A stretch of DNA of 64,000 bases from an uncultured Nitrososphaerota archaeon (GCA_963718895.1 CAVRAG010000007.1:128001-192000), one strand, 5' to 3'; positions 29,065 to 39,283 are shown, counted from the first letter of the stretch. Notes: generated by a model from the letters alone, not told the origin. Made by a program: numbers and translations.

Positions 29065-29072
29065 GGTCTTGG

Positions 29073-30500
29073 GTGTTGGGGAAGCTCTCGCCGTCGGTCT
29101 CGGAGGTGGTCCGGAGGATAAGCGCGGGGGAGATAAGCTGCGAGGAGAGGATCGCATCCAGGCTAGAGAGGCTCCCGAGGTTGGACAGGGACATACACGC
29201 GTTCCTCAGCGTGGCGAAAGAAGAGGCACTGGAGAAGGCTCGAGAGATCGACGGCAGGGCGAGGCGCGGCGAGCACGTCGGGAGGCTCACCGGGATAACC
29301 ATCGCCGTGAAGGACAACATCTGCGTCGCGGGCATGCCCGCGACCTGCGGTTCGAGGATACTGGAGGGCTTCCGGCCGCCCTACGACGCCACGGTCATCG
29401 AGCGCATACGGGCAGAGGACGGGATAGTCATCGGGAAGACGAACATGGATGAGTTTGCCATGGGCAACACGACCCAGTCGGGCGCCTTCGGACCGACGAA
29501 GAACCCCTGGAACGTGGAGAGGGTGCCCGGAGGCTCATCGGGGGGGAGCGCGGCCGCGGTCGCGGGCAGCATGGCGACCCTCGCCCTCGGTTCGGACACG
29601 GGCGGGTCCGTGAGGTGCCCTGCGAGCTTCTGCTCGATACTCGGACTCAAACCGACCTACGGCGCGGTCAGCCGGTACGGCCTGATACCTTACGCCAACA
29701 GCCTCGAGCAGGTCGGGCCGATGGCGAGGCGCGTCGAGGACCTCTCGCTCCTCTTTGGCATCATATCCGGACACGACCCGAGGGACGCGACGACGTCGAA
29801 GAGGCGAGGACCCCACAGCGGGGCTGCGACCGCCGTGAAGGGGTTGAGGATCGGGATGGTCAAGGACCTCTTCGGCGAGGGCACGCAGGAGGACGTGAGC
29901 AGGCTGGTCCTCGACGCCAGCGACGAGCTCGAGGGCCTCGGCGCCGTCGTCGGGGAGGCGAGGATCGAGAACCTGGGCTACGCGCTCGCGGCCTACTACA
30001 TCGTGGCGATGGCCGAGGCCTCATCGAACCTCTCGAGGTACGATGGCGTCAGGTACGGGGCCTCCGTCGAGTCGGGCTCTGCGGACTGGAACGAGGCTTT
30101 CGCCAAGACGAGGACCGAGTGCTTCGGTCCCGAGGTGAAGAGGCGAATCCTCCTCGGCACGTTCGTGCTCTCGGCAGGATACTACGAGGCGTACTACCTC
30201 AAGGCGGAGAGGGCGAGGGGGCTCATAAGGAATGAGCTCGAACGGGCCTTCAAGAAGTTCGACGTCCTCCTCGGACCGACGATGCCCGTGCTGCCTCCGA
30301 AGGTCGGGGAGAAGGTGACGCCGCTCGAGGACTACATGATTGACGTGAACACGGTCCCTGCCAACCTCGCAGGCATCCCGGCACTCAGCGTCCCCGTGGG
30401 CTTCGCCCATGGGCTGCCTGTGGGTATGCAGCTCATGGCCCCTCACTTCCAGGAGGAGAGGCTCTTCGGGGTTGCGGCGGCGTACGAGGCCAGAGCATGA
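29073..30500 (+). CDS. gatA: Asp/Glu-tRNA amidotransferase subunit A
   Basis: GKTNMDEFAMG, PGGSSGGSAAAVA, GSDTGGSVR, EASSNLSRYDG, EVKRRILLG. Confidence 0.96.
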   Translation: MLGKLSPSVSEVVRRISAGEISCEERIASRLERLPRLDRDIHAFLSVAKEEALEKAREIDGRARRGEHVGRLTGITIAVKDNICVAGMPATCGSRILEGFRPPYDATVIERIRAEDGIVIGKTNMDEFAMGNTTQSGAFGPTKNPWNVERVPGGSSGGSAAAVAGSMATLALGSDTGGSVRCPASFCSILGLKPTYGAVSRYGLIPYANSLEQVGPMARRVEDLSLLFGIISGHDPRDATTSKRRGPHSGAATAVKGLRIGMVKDLFGEGTQEDVSRLVLDASDELEGLGAVVGEARIENLGYALAAYYIVAMAEASSNLSRYDGVRYGASVESGSADWNEAFAKTRTECFGPEVKRRILLGTFVLSAGYYEAYYLKAERARGLIRNELERAFKKFDVLLGPTMPVLPPKVGEKVTPLEDYMIDVNTVPANLAGIPALSVPVGFAHGLPVGMQLMAPHFQEERLFGVAAAYEARA

Positions 30501-31927
30501 AGAGCAGGGAAGCGAATGGCAAGGGCGTGAGGATTGGGCTCGAGATACACTGCCAGCTCACGGCCCTCAGGACCAAGCTCTTCTGCTCCTGCTCCTCGGA
30601 CTATCGCGGGAAGCAGCCGAACGAGCTGGTCTGCCCGGTCTGCTTCGGACTCCCCGGGACTCTCCCCGTCCTCAACGCGAAGGGCGTGGAGTACGCCGTG
30701 CGGATAGCGAACGCCCTAGGCTCCACGGTCGCGATGGAGACCACGTTCTACAGGAAGAACTACTTCTATCCCGACCTGCCAAAGAACTTCCAGATAAGCC
30801 AGTACGACAAGGCGGGGGGAGTGCCCATCGCGTCGGGAGGGTCCGTCGAGACAGGGGGGAAGAAAGTGAGGATTCGCAGGATACAGCTCGAGGAAGACCC
30901 GGGGAAGCTCACCTATGAAGGCACCATCGAGAAGTCGACCTACAGCCTTGTGGACTACAACAGGGCGGGTATCGCCCTCGTCGAGATCGTGACCGAACCG
31001 GACTTCGGGTCCGCCAAGGAGGCGAAGACATTCCTCGAGAAGCTCCGTTCGACGGTGGAGGCGCTGGGGGTCTCGGACGGCGAGCTGGAGGGAGCCATGA
31101 GGTGCGACGCGAACGTATCGGTCGCGGGGGGAGCGCGGGTCGAGGTCAAGAACATCTCATCGTTCAGGGAGGTCGAGAGGGCCCTGAACTACGAAGTGCT
31201 CAGGCAGGGAACATTTGGGGGCACCAGCGGGAGCTCGGTCAACGAAACCCGTCACTGGGACGAGAGGCGGAGCATCACAATCTCACTCAGGCTCAAGGAA
31301 GAGGAACAGGACTACCGCTACTTCCCAGAGCCCGACCTTCCCGCCGTGTCCCTGAGCCCAGAGTTCCTAGAGGGCGTCCGGCGGGCCACCCCGGAGGTGC
31401 AGGACGCGAGAGCGCAGAGGTACGTCCGTGACTACCTCCTTGGCGCCCAAATCGCCGGGGAGCTGTCGAGGGACGAAATTCTCTCGCGGTTCTTCGAGGA
31501 GACCCTGAAGACATTCGAGAAACCCGCCGAGATCGCGAGCTGGTTGATAGGGGAGGTTCGAGGGCCAGCCCGGGCGAAGCTCTCGGCCGAATCGCCTCCA
31601 GTGACCCCAGCCGGACTCTCGGAGCTCCTGACGATGCTGAACGAGGGTAAGGTAACCAGACCCCAAGCGAAGGAGATCTTCAGGGAGATGATCTCGACAG
31701 GCAAGCGGCCGTCTGAGCTGAAGCGTGACGCTGCGGGAGTCGCCATCGACGAAGACACTATCGCAAAGATCATCTCAAGGCTGTTGGACGAAGGCAAAGT
31801 CGCCAGAGAGACAAAGGAGAGCCCCAAGGCCTTCAACTACCTCGTCGGCCAAGTGCTCAGAATCGAGCCGAGAGCAGACCCCAAGTTGGTCGCGAAGACG
31901 CTGGCACGCATGATAAAGAACGAGTGA
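30497..31927 (+). CDS. gatB: Asp/Glu-tRNA amidotransferase subunit B
   Basis: IGLEIH, RKNYFYPDLPKNFQISQY, LEEDPG, MRCDANVS, DYRYFPEPDL. Confidence 0.96.
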   Translation: MKSREANGKGVRIGLEIHCQLTALRTKLFCSCSSDYRGKQPNELVCPVCFGLPGTLPVLNAKGVEYAVRIANALGSTVAMETTFYRKNYFYPDLPKNFQISQYDKAGGVPIASGGSVETGGKKVRIRRIQLEEDPGKLTYEGTIEKSTYSLVDYNRAGIALVEIVTEPDFGSAKEAKTFLEKLRSTVEALGVSDGELEGAMRCDANVSVAGGARVEVKNISSFREVERALNYEVLRQGTFGGTSGSSVNETRHWDERRSITISLRLKEEEQDYRYFPEPDLPAVSLSPEFLEGVRRATPEVQDARAQRYVRDYLLGAQIAGELSRDEILSRFFEETLKTFEKPAEIASWLIGEVRGPARAKLSAESPPVTPAGLSELLTMLNEGKVTRPQAKEIFREMISTGKRPSELKRDAAGVAIDEDTIAKIISRLLDEGKVARETKESPKAFNYLVGQVLRIEPRADPKLVAKTLARMIKNE

Positions 31928-31998
31928 CGTCGCAGGATCGCCTCGCTCCGGACGGCCGAAGACACTATCCTCGGCGAGAGCGCCGGCGGAATGCTGAA

Positions 31999-34900
31999 CT
32001 AGAGATAGCCCCAGGCGAAGAGCATGTCGGCATCCCTAGACCACCTACGACCTATGTCGTCCCGGTAGAACATGTTGGGGAGCATGACGTTCTTGACCGA
32101 TTGGTAGGCCTGCGCTATCGCCTCCTGCATGGTCATCCCGGATCCGGTGACGACCAGAGAGTAGCCCGACCGGCCTGCCAGCTTCCAGTCGCCCTCTTCC
32201 AGCTTCACCTCGCCTATGTGGATCCCATTGAGGCTAGGCTTCCTGAAGAGGATGGTCGCGTCCTCCGAGTATTTGCGGAAGGCCTTCTCGTCCTCGAACG
32301 GGAAGGGAGGGACCGCTATGACCACACCCACCTGGTAGCCCTTCTTGCACTTCAGCTGCGTCGGCTTGCCGTGGGCGATATCGCTGAGGAAGGTCCCCCA
32401 TTCGCTCAGCACCCCCTCCATGTGGATCGAGACGGTCGGGTACCCAAATCTACAATTCCCAGAGAAGAACGGTTTCCCATGCCTACGCACCAGCATCGTA
32501 TGCCAGTCTTCTACCTCGACATCCCAGACCAGGCCGGAGTAGCGTTCCTTTTGAATGACTCTCTTGTCTACGGAGTAGTCCATCTTCTTTTCTCTCACTG
32601 AGACTACGTTCATGTCAGAATTCCTGAGGTATCCGCCAATCCCCTGTGTGCCCTTCACCCGGTCGACCCTGATGTTGGCCATTTTTCCACACTTGATCAG
32701 CAGCTCTTGGACATCTCCTGCAAGTCGAGGCGAGGTAGTCCCAAAGCTCAACTGACCAGTTCTCCCGTGCCAGTTTCCGTCTCCGAGGGCGTAGCCGTGG
32801 AGGAAGTCCATCAAAAGGTCTGGAGAAAATTCCTTGAACCTCGCCGGCACGAACTTGGTCGCAGCATCCATTTGATTGAATCCCAGAGTGTCCATGAAGG
32901 CACAGAGCTGCCGGGAACTGAATTGATACGCGCCGTTCTTCTGCTGAGTGAACTTCATCCCAGTCGCTCCCAGAATCATTTCAATCTCATCCCCCCTCGT
33001 TCCATTCGGGCTCTGGGAAATCGAGACAACATGGTCTCCGAGGGACCCTTCGGCGAGATACAGGCCTAGAAACATCATGAACGCGTGGGCTTCGACGGAG
33101 ATGGCCCTGTGGACTATCTCCATCGTCGTTCTATGCTTCCCGAGGTGGTGCGTTTCGATGTACTCAGGGATCTCGATGCTGGCCACGGACGTGCCTTTGA
33201 AAGTTCCTGTCCTGACCACCTTCGTCGCGTGCTTAGGGATCGAGTCTGCTCGGACCAAGCTTAGGCGTCCGGCCCGATCTACGATGACCTGATGCTCCGG
33301 GGTGACGAGCATATCCAGTGCCGTATGAGCTTTGTTCTTCGCGCCTATCCCGATCATCTCGCCGGAGTAGTTTCTCACCATCTTGTTGGTGATTCTCTTC
33401 CAGCAAAGCTCTCGGTCCGCGAGGTTGATTGCGAGAGTTTCATCCCCAATTCGAACCTCGTGGCAGGTCTTCCATCCTTCTCGAGTCAGTACCTCGGTCT
33501 CTTCATCGAAGCAGGTCCACTCCAATGGCCAGACGCCCCTGCCGTTTGCGATGCAGTTGATGTCTATGTAGCCCACGTACTTCGATGCCCTCAGCTGCTG
33601 CCTCATCTTGCCAAGAGTCGCCTCGAAGATGAAGTTCGGCTTTGTCCATAATGTGGATGTGTTGCCGCACCAATAGGGTTTGCCGTTCCTTCGCACGTAC
33701 ATCACGTGATTCTTCACGGTCGCGCAGTAGACGACCCCTGAGTAGTCGACTTCTCTGATGTCTCTTCTATCTAACCAAGAGGTGAGCTTCTTGACTCTTT
33801 CGTGAAGTTCATACTGTGGTCGAGAGGCATCGGCATCGTGATTCCCGATTCTCACCGTCCCCCTGCCCAGACGCGTCTTCACGATTCCGAGTCGACCTAC
33901 CTTCAGGAGAAGTTCTTGAACGTCGTCGACGAGCCTCTTGGAAGATGAGTAGAAGATTCGGTACCCGTTCTTCATCGCAGTTCCATCTCCGAGCGCGTAC
34001 CACTCTAAGAAGATCTGAATCTGACGGGCGCTGAGACCCTTTATGAACGCGGGGATGTACTTCTCGGGTGCCTGGCCGAATTGCCTTAGGAAGGATGCTA
34101 GCTGCTTGTTCGAGCAATTGAAACTGCCACCTGCCTTGGAGAAATTGAACGGGAGATTTTTCAGGAGTGCTTCTATCTTCTCAACCTTTCCAGCTTTCTT
34201 CTGCGCAACCCCAACATGGTAGCTGTCTCCGCGGCTATCGACAAATCCATCGGAGAGCCAGATTCCCATGAACGCGAGCCAAGTGTCCATTGGTATGTCG
34301 ACGGCCGCCGTCTCATGTAGCACGACTTGTCTGCCCTCGTAGTGGGCTAATGCGACCGATGGGAGAACGAAGCTACCTCGCTCATGGCCGATCCATGTGC
34401 CGGTGCGCTTGATTCTCGATTGGGATTGCAAGTCCCTCGCTTTCACGAACTTGAAGTGATCGCGGTGACTCTTCGCGTCTTGTTGAGATTCGACAAACAT
34501 ATTGTGGTCTGGAGTAACCATGATGTCAAGCGTCCTGTTTTGTATCGAGATGAGGCGCTTGTGATGAACAAATGAAACAATCTCGTAAGGTCTTTCGAAT
34601 TCTATCATGCTGCTTATCGGATTCAGCGTGCAGATTTCATGGTCCCGAGTTAGATTCTTGAACAGCGTCCAACCCTTGTCGGTAAGGACCTCCGTCTTGT
34701 CATCGTAGCATCCCATTTCTCCGGTGCTAGGCCCGATGTCGTTCGGGAACAGTCGCTTGTGCTCGAAGTTAATGTTGATGGGCTCCACGAAGTCAGAGCC
34801 GTTGAAGAACGCCCCGACGGCAATCTCGACTCCCTGCGCATACTTCTGTAGGAGGAAGACCTTGATCTTGCTCGACCACTTCTTCTTGTAGTGCTCGAGC

Positions 34901-35379
34901 ACCTGTTCTACATCTCTACCGTCCTCCTCCTGGCCCACGAAGAGGAGCTCCTTCTCATTCTGGGCTTTCCCGCTGGGCTTGATCACGTAGCGGTCGGGAT
35001 TCTGCTTGATGAATGCGACTGCCTCGTCGAAGGAGGTGAAATTCCAACTCGGCAGTATTGGCACCCCAGACTTCCTCAGCTCTTCCTGGCCGAACTCCCT
35101 GTCGTCCTCAAGCTTGTCAGTGTACGCGCTACCTCCCACGACGAACTTCCCCTCAGCCCTAAGCCGCTCTGCGGTCGCGGCGAACCCGATGTCGTCGAAG
35201 ATTATCACGTCCGCCCAGTCCTTCTGTGGTTCCCACTGATCCACCTTCGGCACAAAGCCGTCTCCAACGTCCTTCTCGCTGGCGTCCTGGACGAAGAAGT
35301 TCACCTCGTGGCCCTCCTTCTTCAGCTGCCACGCGAGGTCGACCGAGAGCGCCTCACGCGTTACGAAGAGGAACTTCAA
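31999..35379 (-). CDS. purD: Phosphoribosylamine--glycine ligase-like ATP-grasp enzyme with two inteins (~423-aa extein)
   Basis: LEDDREFG, YVIKP, FEHKRLF..GPSTGEMG|T, LEWT|CRFGYP, FYRDDIG. Confidence 0.85.
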   Translation of the reverse strand: MKFLFVTREALSVDLAWQLKKEGHEVNFFVQDASEKDVGDGFVPKVDQWEPQKDWADVIIFDDIGFAATAERLRAEGKFVVGGSAYTDKLEDDREFGQEELRKSGVPILPSWNFTSFDEAVAFIKQNPDRYVIKPSGKAQNEKELLFVGQEEDGRDVEQVLEHYKKKWSSKIKVFLLQKYAQGVEIAVGAFFNGSDFVEPININFEHKRLFPNDIGPSTGEMGCYDDKTEVLTDKGWTLFKNLTRDHEICTLNPISSMIEFERPYEIVSFVHHKRLISIQNRTLDIMVTPDHNMFVESQQDAKSHRDHFKFVKARDLQSQSRIKRTGTWIGHERGSFVLPSVALAHYEGRQVVLHETAAVDIPMDTWLAFMGIWLSDGFVDSRGDSYHVGVAQKKAGKVEKIEALLKNLPFNFSKAGGSFNCSNKQLASFLRQFGQAPEKYIPAFIKGLSARQIQIFLEWYALGDGTAMKNGYRIFYSSSKRLVDDVQELLLKVGRLGIVKTRLGRGTVRIGNHDADASRPQYELHERVKKLTSWLDRRDIREVDYSGVVYCATVKNHVMYVRRNGKPYWCGNTSTLWTKPNFIFEATLGKMRQQLRASKYVGYIDINCIANGRGVWPLEWTCFDEETEVLTREGWKTCHEVRIGDETLAINLADRELCWKRITNKMVRNYSGEMIGIGAKNKAHTALDMLVTPEHQVIVDRAGRLSLVRADSIPKHATKVVRTGTFKGTSVASIEIPEYIETHHLGKHRTTMEIVHRAISVEAHAFMMFLGLYLAEGSLGDHVVSISQSPNGTRGDEIEMILGATGMKFTQQKNGAYQFSSRQLCAFMDTLGFNQMDAATKFVPARFKEFSPDLLMDFLHGYALGDGNWHGRTGQLSFGTTSPRLAGDVQELLIKCGKMANIRVDRVKGTQGIGGYLRNSDMNVVSVREKKMDYSVDKRVIQKERYSGLVWDVEVEDWHTMLVRRHGKPFFSGNCRFGYPTVSIHMEGVLSEWGTFLSDIAHGKPTQLKCKKGYQVGVVIAVPPFPFEDEKAFRKYSEDATILFRKPSLNGIHIGEVKLEEGDWKLAGRSGYSLVVTGSGMTMQEAIAQAYQSVKNVMLPNMFYRDDIGRRWSRDADMLFAWGYL
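32455..33513 (-). mobile_element. Intein 2 (353 aa) with LAGLIDADG homing endonuclease
   Basis: CFDEETEVLTREGW..VTPEH..FLGLYLAEG..FLHGYALGDG..VRRHGKPFFSGN, followed by Cys+1. Confidence 0.92.
33661..34710 (-). mobile_element. Intein 1 (350 aa) with LAGLIDADG homing endonuclease
   Basis: CYDDKTEVLTDKGW..VTPDH..FMGIWLSDG..WYALGDG..VRRNGKPYWCGN, followed by Thr+1; visibly lower GC than flanks. Confidence 0.92.
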
Positions 35380-35473
35380 CTGGAAGCTGACCTCCGGAGC
35401 TTCATATTAGGTCTATCTGCGATTCGAGGGCTGCGACAACTCTTTATCAGCGCGGAGCACATCGATGTCCTGA

Positions 35474-36127
35474 TTGCCTCGACCGATTGAGAGCCTGTCG
35501 AATCCGAAGGTCTTCAAGCGCGGCTACGATCATGTCAGGAAGCGCGACCCGCTGCTGGCCAAGGTGCTGGAGAAGCACGGCCCGCTCGAGTTCAGGGCCG
35601 AGGGCGACCTGTTCGAGGCCCTTGTGGAGTCGATACTATCGCAACAACTCGCGTCGCCCGCGGCGACCTCGATAATTCGCAAGGTCAGGGCAATCTACCC
35701 CGGGGGGAGGCTAGAGGCCGGGGCAGTCTACCGGACGCCTACTAGGAAGCTCCGCGCGGCCGGAGTCTCGCCCCAGAAGCTCACCTATCTCAAAGACCTC
35801 TCGAGGAGAGTTTCCAGGGGCTCGATCGACCTGGAGTCCCTGAGGGAGATGGAGGACGAGGAGATAATCCGGATTCTGGACGAGGTGAAGGGGATCGGAC
35901 CCTGGACGGTCCAGATGCTGCTGATATTCACCCTCGGGAGGACAGACGTGTTCCCGCTCGACGACCTGGGTGTGAAGAAGGGTGTCCAGAGCGTCTACTC
36001 GCTAGCCGAGAGGCCCAAGAAGGTGGAGATGGAGAGGATTGCCGAGAGCTGGCACCCCTACAGGACCGTGGCCTCGCTCTATCTCTGGCGCCACAAAGAC
36101 ACCGGACGAGGAGATAAGAAGAGATGA
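35474..36127 (+). CDS. alkA: DNA-3-methyladenine glycosylase II (AlkA, HhH-GPD family)
   Basis: SILSQQLA, VKGIGPWT, DVFPLDDLG, WHPYRTVA. Confidence 0.9.
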   Translation: MPRPIESLSNPKVFKRGYDHVRKRDPLLAKVLEKHGPLEFRAEGDLFEALVESILSQQLASPAATSIIRKVRAIYPGGRLEAGAVYRTPTRKLRAAGVSPQKLTYLKDLSRRVSRGSIDLESLREMEDEEIIRILDEVKGIGPWTVQMLLIFTLGRTDVFPLDDLGVKKGVQSVYSLAERPKKVEMERIAESWHPYRTVASLYLWRHKDTGRGDKKR

Positions 36128-36140
36128 ACGAGACGCAGGG

Positions 36141-36974
36141 ATGACAGAATTGGGAAACACGAATTACAAGGGCTATCCGGACCCCTCTCACATCATCTCG
36201 GTCGAGGAGGCGTCGAAACTCCCGAAGGACAAAGACACAGTCTTCGTCGACACCCGGAACTACTGGAAGTACGCCAAGGGACACGTGCCCGGGGCGGTCA
36301 ACCTCGAGATGTACGCCTTCCACTGGGTCGACACTTCGAGGGAGGGCCTGAAGGCCTTCGCAAGGGAGATGGGAGGTCTACTCGGCGCGTACGGGATCGA
36401 CAACAGGAAACAGGTTGTCTTCTATCAGAACAACAGCGGCTACGATGCAGCCCGCGGGGTCTGGCTGCTTGAGTTCCTCGGGAACAAGCACGGCCGCATG
36501 CTGGACGGCGGACTGAACCTCTGGAAGAGGAGCGGCGGTGAGCTCTCGAAGTCCGACCCCCAAGCCGCCAGGGCGACTTTCAACCCCAAACCCGACTACG
36601 GGACCGTGTGCCGTGTCGAAGAAGTGAGCGAGAGCCTAGGGATGAAGGGCTTCGCCGTGATCGACGCCCGCTCGCCGGGGGAATACAGCGGCTCTTACAG
36701 GAGGGCGCTCAAAGGAGGGCACATACCTGGCGCCGTCAACGTCGAGTGGAAGCAGGCGGTCAGACGGGACGGGACCCTGAAGGACGCCAAGCAGCTCCGG
36801 GCGCTCTACGCCGGGATCTCCCCGCGGGGCAGGGTCGTGACCTACTGCCAGAGCGGTTACCGTGCCGCCCATTCGTGGCTGATCCTCAGGCTTCTGGGAT
36901 TCACGGACGTCTGCAACTACATCGGATCCTGGTACGAGTGGGGGAACCACCCCGACACCCGCGTAGAAAGGTAG
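36141..36974 (+). CDS. Two-domain rhodanese/sulfurtransferase
   Basis: GHVPGA, LDGG, GHIPGA, YCQSGYRA, YIGSWYEW. Confidence 0.92.
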   Translation: MTELGNTNYKGYPDPSHIISVEEASKLPKDKDTVFVDTRNYWKYAKGHVPGAVNLEMYAFHWVDTSREGLKAFAREMGGLLGAYGIDNRKQVVFYQNNSGYDAARGVWLLEFLGNKHGRMLDGGLNLWKRSGGELSKSDPQAARATFNPKPDYGTVCRVEEVSESLGMKGFAVIDARSPGEYSGSYRRALKGGHIPGAVNVEWKQAVRRDGTLKDAKQLRALYAGISPRGRVVTYCQSGYRAAHSWLILRLLGFTDVCNYIGSWYEWGNHPDTRVER

Positions 36975-37037
36975 CACCCGCCCGGCATGAGGCGGGACTC
37001 GACAAAGGCTAAATCTCCTGCTCAGGGGAAGGGAAGC

Positions 37038-37478
37038 ATGGATATCAAACAGGCGGACATCTCGGCGAAGCCAGTTTTGTTCCGGGAAGCCTCGGCCTGG
37101 GGGCGGATCCTGCTGAAGCCGGAGACGGTGAAACGGGTCAGGGAAGGTCGCCTCGAGAAGGGCGACGCTCTCGCGATCTCGAAGACCATGGCCGTCGTGG
37201 CCGCCAAGAAGACGCCGGAGATGCTGGCGCTCTGTCACCCCCTTAGGCTGGAGTCGACGAAGGTCGAGACCAAGCTCAATAGGGACTCGATCGAAGTCAC
37301 AGTCTCAGTGGCGGCCCACGAGAAGACCGGAGTCGAGATGGAGGCGCTCACAGGTGTGAGCATCGCCCTGCTCAACATCTGGGACGTCGTCAAAGCCTAC
37401 GAGAAGGATGAGAAAGGGCAGTATCCGACGACGAGGATAGAGGAGATACGAGTCCTCAGGAAGGCGAAACACGAGTGA
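37038..37478 (+). CDS. moaC: Cyclic pyranopterin monophosphate synthase
   Basis: KGDAL, AAKKT..LCHP, KTGVEMEALTG, IWDVVKA. Confidence 0.93.
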   Translation: MDIKQADISAKPVLFREASAWGRILLKPETVKRVREGRLEKGDALAISKTMAVVAAKKTPEMLALCHPLRLESTKVETKLNRDSIEVTVSVAAHEKTGVEMEALTGVSIALLNIWDVVKAYEKDEKGQYPTTRIEEIRVLRKAKHE

Positions 37479-38005
37479 AGGCTAAGGACTCCCACAGGGA
37501 AGCGGCGCCGAAACAGCTGAACTTCTACATCGTAACGGTCAGCTCGAGCAGGTACGCAAAGAAGGAGCGCAACGCCAGGTTCCGGGACGAGTCGGGCGAT
37601 GTTGCCGAGAAGCTTGTCGAGAAGGCGGGGCATACCGTCCTCGGGAGGGAACTCATCTCCGACGACACGGCGATGCTCGGGGCGTCGCTGGAGAAGGCGA
37701 TCAAGAGCGAAGGAGTGGACGTCGCGATCTTCACCGGGGGGACAGGGGTCTCCCCGCGTGACATCACCGTGGAGGCAATCCGCCCGCACTTTGAGAAGGA
37801 GCTCGAGGGGTTCGGCGAACTGCTCCGCGCAATCAGCTACGCAAAGATAGGGGCGGCCGCGGTGCTGACCCGCGCCACCGCCGGGCTGATACATGGCAAG
37901 CTCATATTCTGTCTGCCGGGTTCTCCCGACGCGGTCGAGACGGCCCTGAACCTGTTCATGAGCGACATTCCGCACGTCGTCTACATCGCGCGCAAGAGTC
38001 CCTAG
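37475..38005 (+). CDS. moaB: MoaB/MogA molybdopterin adenylyltransferase
   Basis: TVSSSR..DESG, TGGTGVSPRDITVEA, LPGSP. Confidence 0.9.
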   Translation: MKAKDSHREAAPKQLNFYIVTVSSSRYAKKERNARFRDESGDVAEKLVEKAGHTVLGRELISDDTAMLGASLEKAIKSEGVDVAIFTGGTGVSPRDITVEAIRPHFEKELEGFGELLRAISYAKIGAAAVLTRATAGLIHGKLIFCLPGSPDAVETALNLFMSDIPHVVYIARKSP

Positions 38006-38112
38006 CTCTTGACCCTGGCGGCCACCCATGCCTTCCTGTAGGGGCCGCGCCGCTTCTTCCTCGTCTTCTTCCTGGCCTCCTTCTGCTCGAGGAGCGACCC
38101 CTCTTCGACCAA
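38002..38112 (-). CDS. 36-aa basic micro-protein (not in ORF track)
   Basis: TTG start 2 nt after the mrp stop: MVEEGSLLEQKEARKKTRKKRRGPYRKAWVAARVKS; fills the intergenic gap exactly. Confidence 0.65.
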   Translation of the reverse strand: MVEEGSLLEQKEARKKTRKKRRGPYRKAWVAARVKS

Positions 38113-38114
38113 GG

Positions 38115-39167
38115 CTACTGCCCCTGGTCGTATGCGACCATGCTTATCATCCCCGCCACCCTGAACGCCACATCCTTGAAGGCGAGGCTCTCGGGTGACT
38201 CGGGCGCGGCCACGACCATGGGCACCCCAAGGTCGGACTGCTCCCGGATGCGGGGATGGAGCGGTATGTCGCCGAGGAACTGTACCTCGAGCGCCGCGGC
38301 GGCCTTCCTCCCGCCTCCGGAGGAGAAGATGTATGACCGCTCACCGCAGTGCGGGCAGACGAAGTAGCTCATGTTCTCTATCATCCCGAGAATGGGGACA
38401 TTGAGCTTCCTGAACATCCCTACAGCCTTGGTGGCGACGTTAAGAGCCGCCTCCTGAGGGGTCGTCACAATCACAACTCCTCCGAGCGGCACCGTCTGGG
38501 CGAGGGTCAGACCCGAATCGCCCGTCCCGGGCGGAAGATCAACAATCAGGTAATCGAGGTCGCCCCAGTCGACCTGGGTGAGGAGCTGCTTCACGGCTCC
38601 GGCGACCATGGGTCCCCTCCAGACCAGGGCGGTCTCGTCCTTGTAGAAGAAGCCGAGAGAAGCGACCTTGATCCCATGGGCGACCGGCGGCACGATCATG
38701 TCGCCCCTCATCGCCGGCCGGTCCCTCGCGCCCATCATCAGCGGGATGCTCGGACCATAGACGTCCGCGTCGAGGATGCCAACCTTTGCGCCCGAGCCGG
38801 ACAGGGCGAGGGCGAGGTTCACGGCCACCGTCGACTTGCCGACGCCCCCTTTCCCGCTTGCGACCGCGATTATGTTCTTGACGTTCTTCAGGACCTCCTT
38901 CTCCCCGAATGCGTGCGTCGCGGCGACCTGAGCTGCGACCTTCATCTCTACGGTCTTGACGCCCTTGAGGGCGGCCACGGCATCCCTGGCCTCCTTCTCG
39001 ATCTTCGTCCGCAGCGGGCAAGCTGGGGTGGTGAGGTTCAGCGTAAAGGTAACCCTGTCGCCTTCGACCGCTACGTCGCGGACCATGTTAAGCGTCACGA
39101 GGTCCTTTCGGAGCTCCGGGTCGGTGACCGCTCGGAGCGCGTCCAGGACTTCTTCCTTCGAGACCAT
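38115..39167 (-). CDS. mrp: Mrp/ApbC/NBP35 Fe-S cluster carrier ATPase
   Basis: DPEL..LTTPACP, SGKGGVGKST, DADVYGPS, DLPPGTGD, ENMSYFVCPHC. Confidence 0.95.
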   Translation of the reverse strand: MVSKEEVLDALRAVTDPELRKDLVTLNMVRDVAVEGDRVTFTLNLTTPACPLRTKIEKEARDAVAALKGVKTVEMKVAAQVAATHAFGEKEVLKNVKNIIAVASGKGGVGKSTVAVNLALALSGSGAKVGILDADVYGPSIPLMMGARDRPAMRGDMIVPPVAHGIKVASLGFFYKDETALVWRGPMVAGAVKQLLTQVDWGDLDYLIVDLPPGTGDSGLTLAQTVPLGGVVIVTTPQEAALNVATKAVGMFRKLNVPILGMIENMSYFVCPHCGERSYIFSSGGGRKAAAALEVQFLGDIPLHPRIREQSDLGVPMVVAAPESPESLAFKDVAFRVAGMISMVAYDQGQ

Positions 39168-39283
39168 CAGAAAAAACCCCTAGGGCTCCGATTAAAGCTT
39201 TGGCCCGGTCACCTGGGCGCGGTGCGCTGAGACCAGGATACCAAGATTTCATAAAGACCCTACTCATGGGCCTGATGCTCAAA

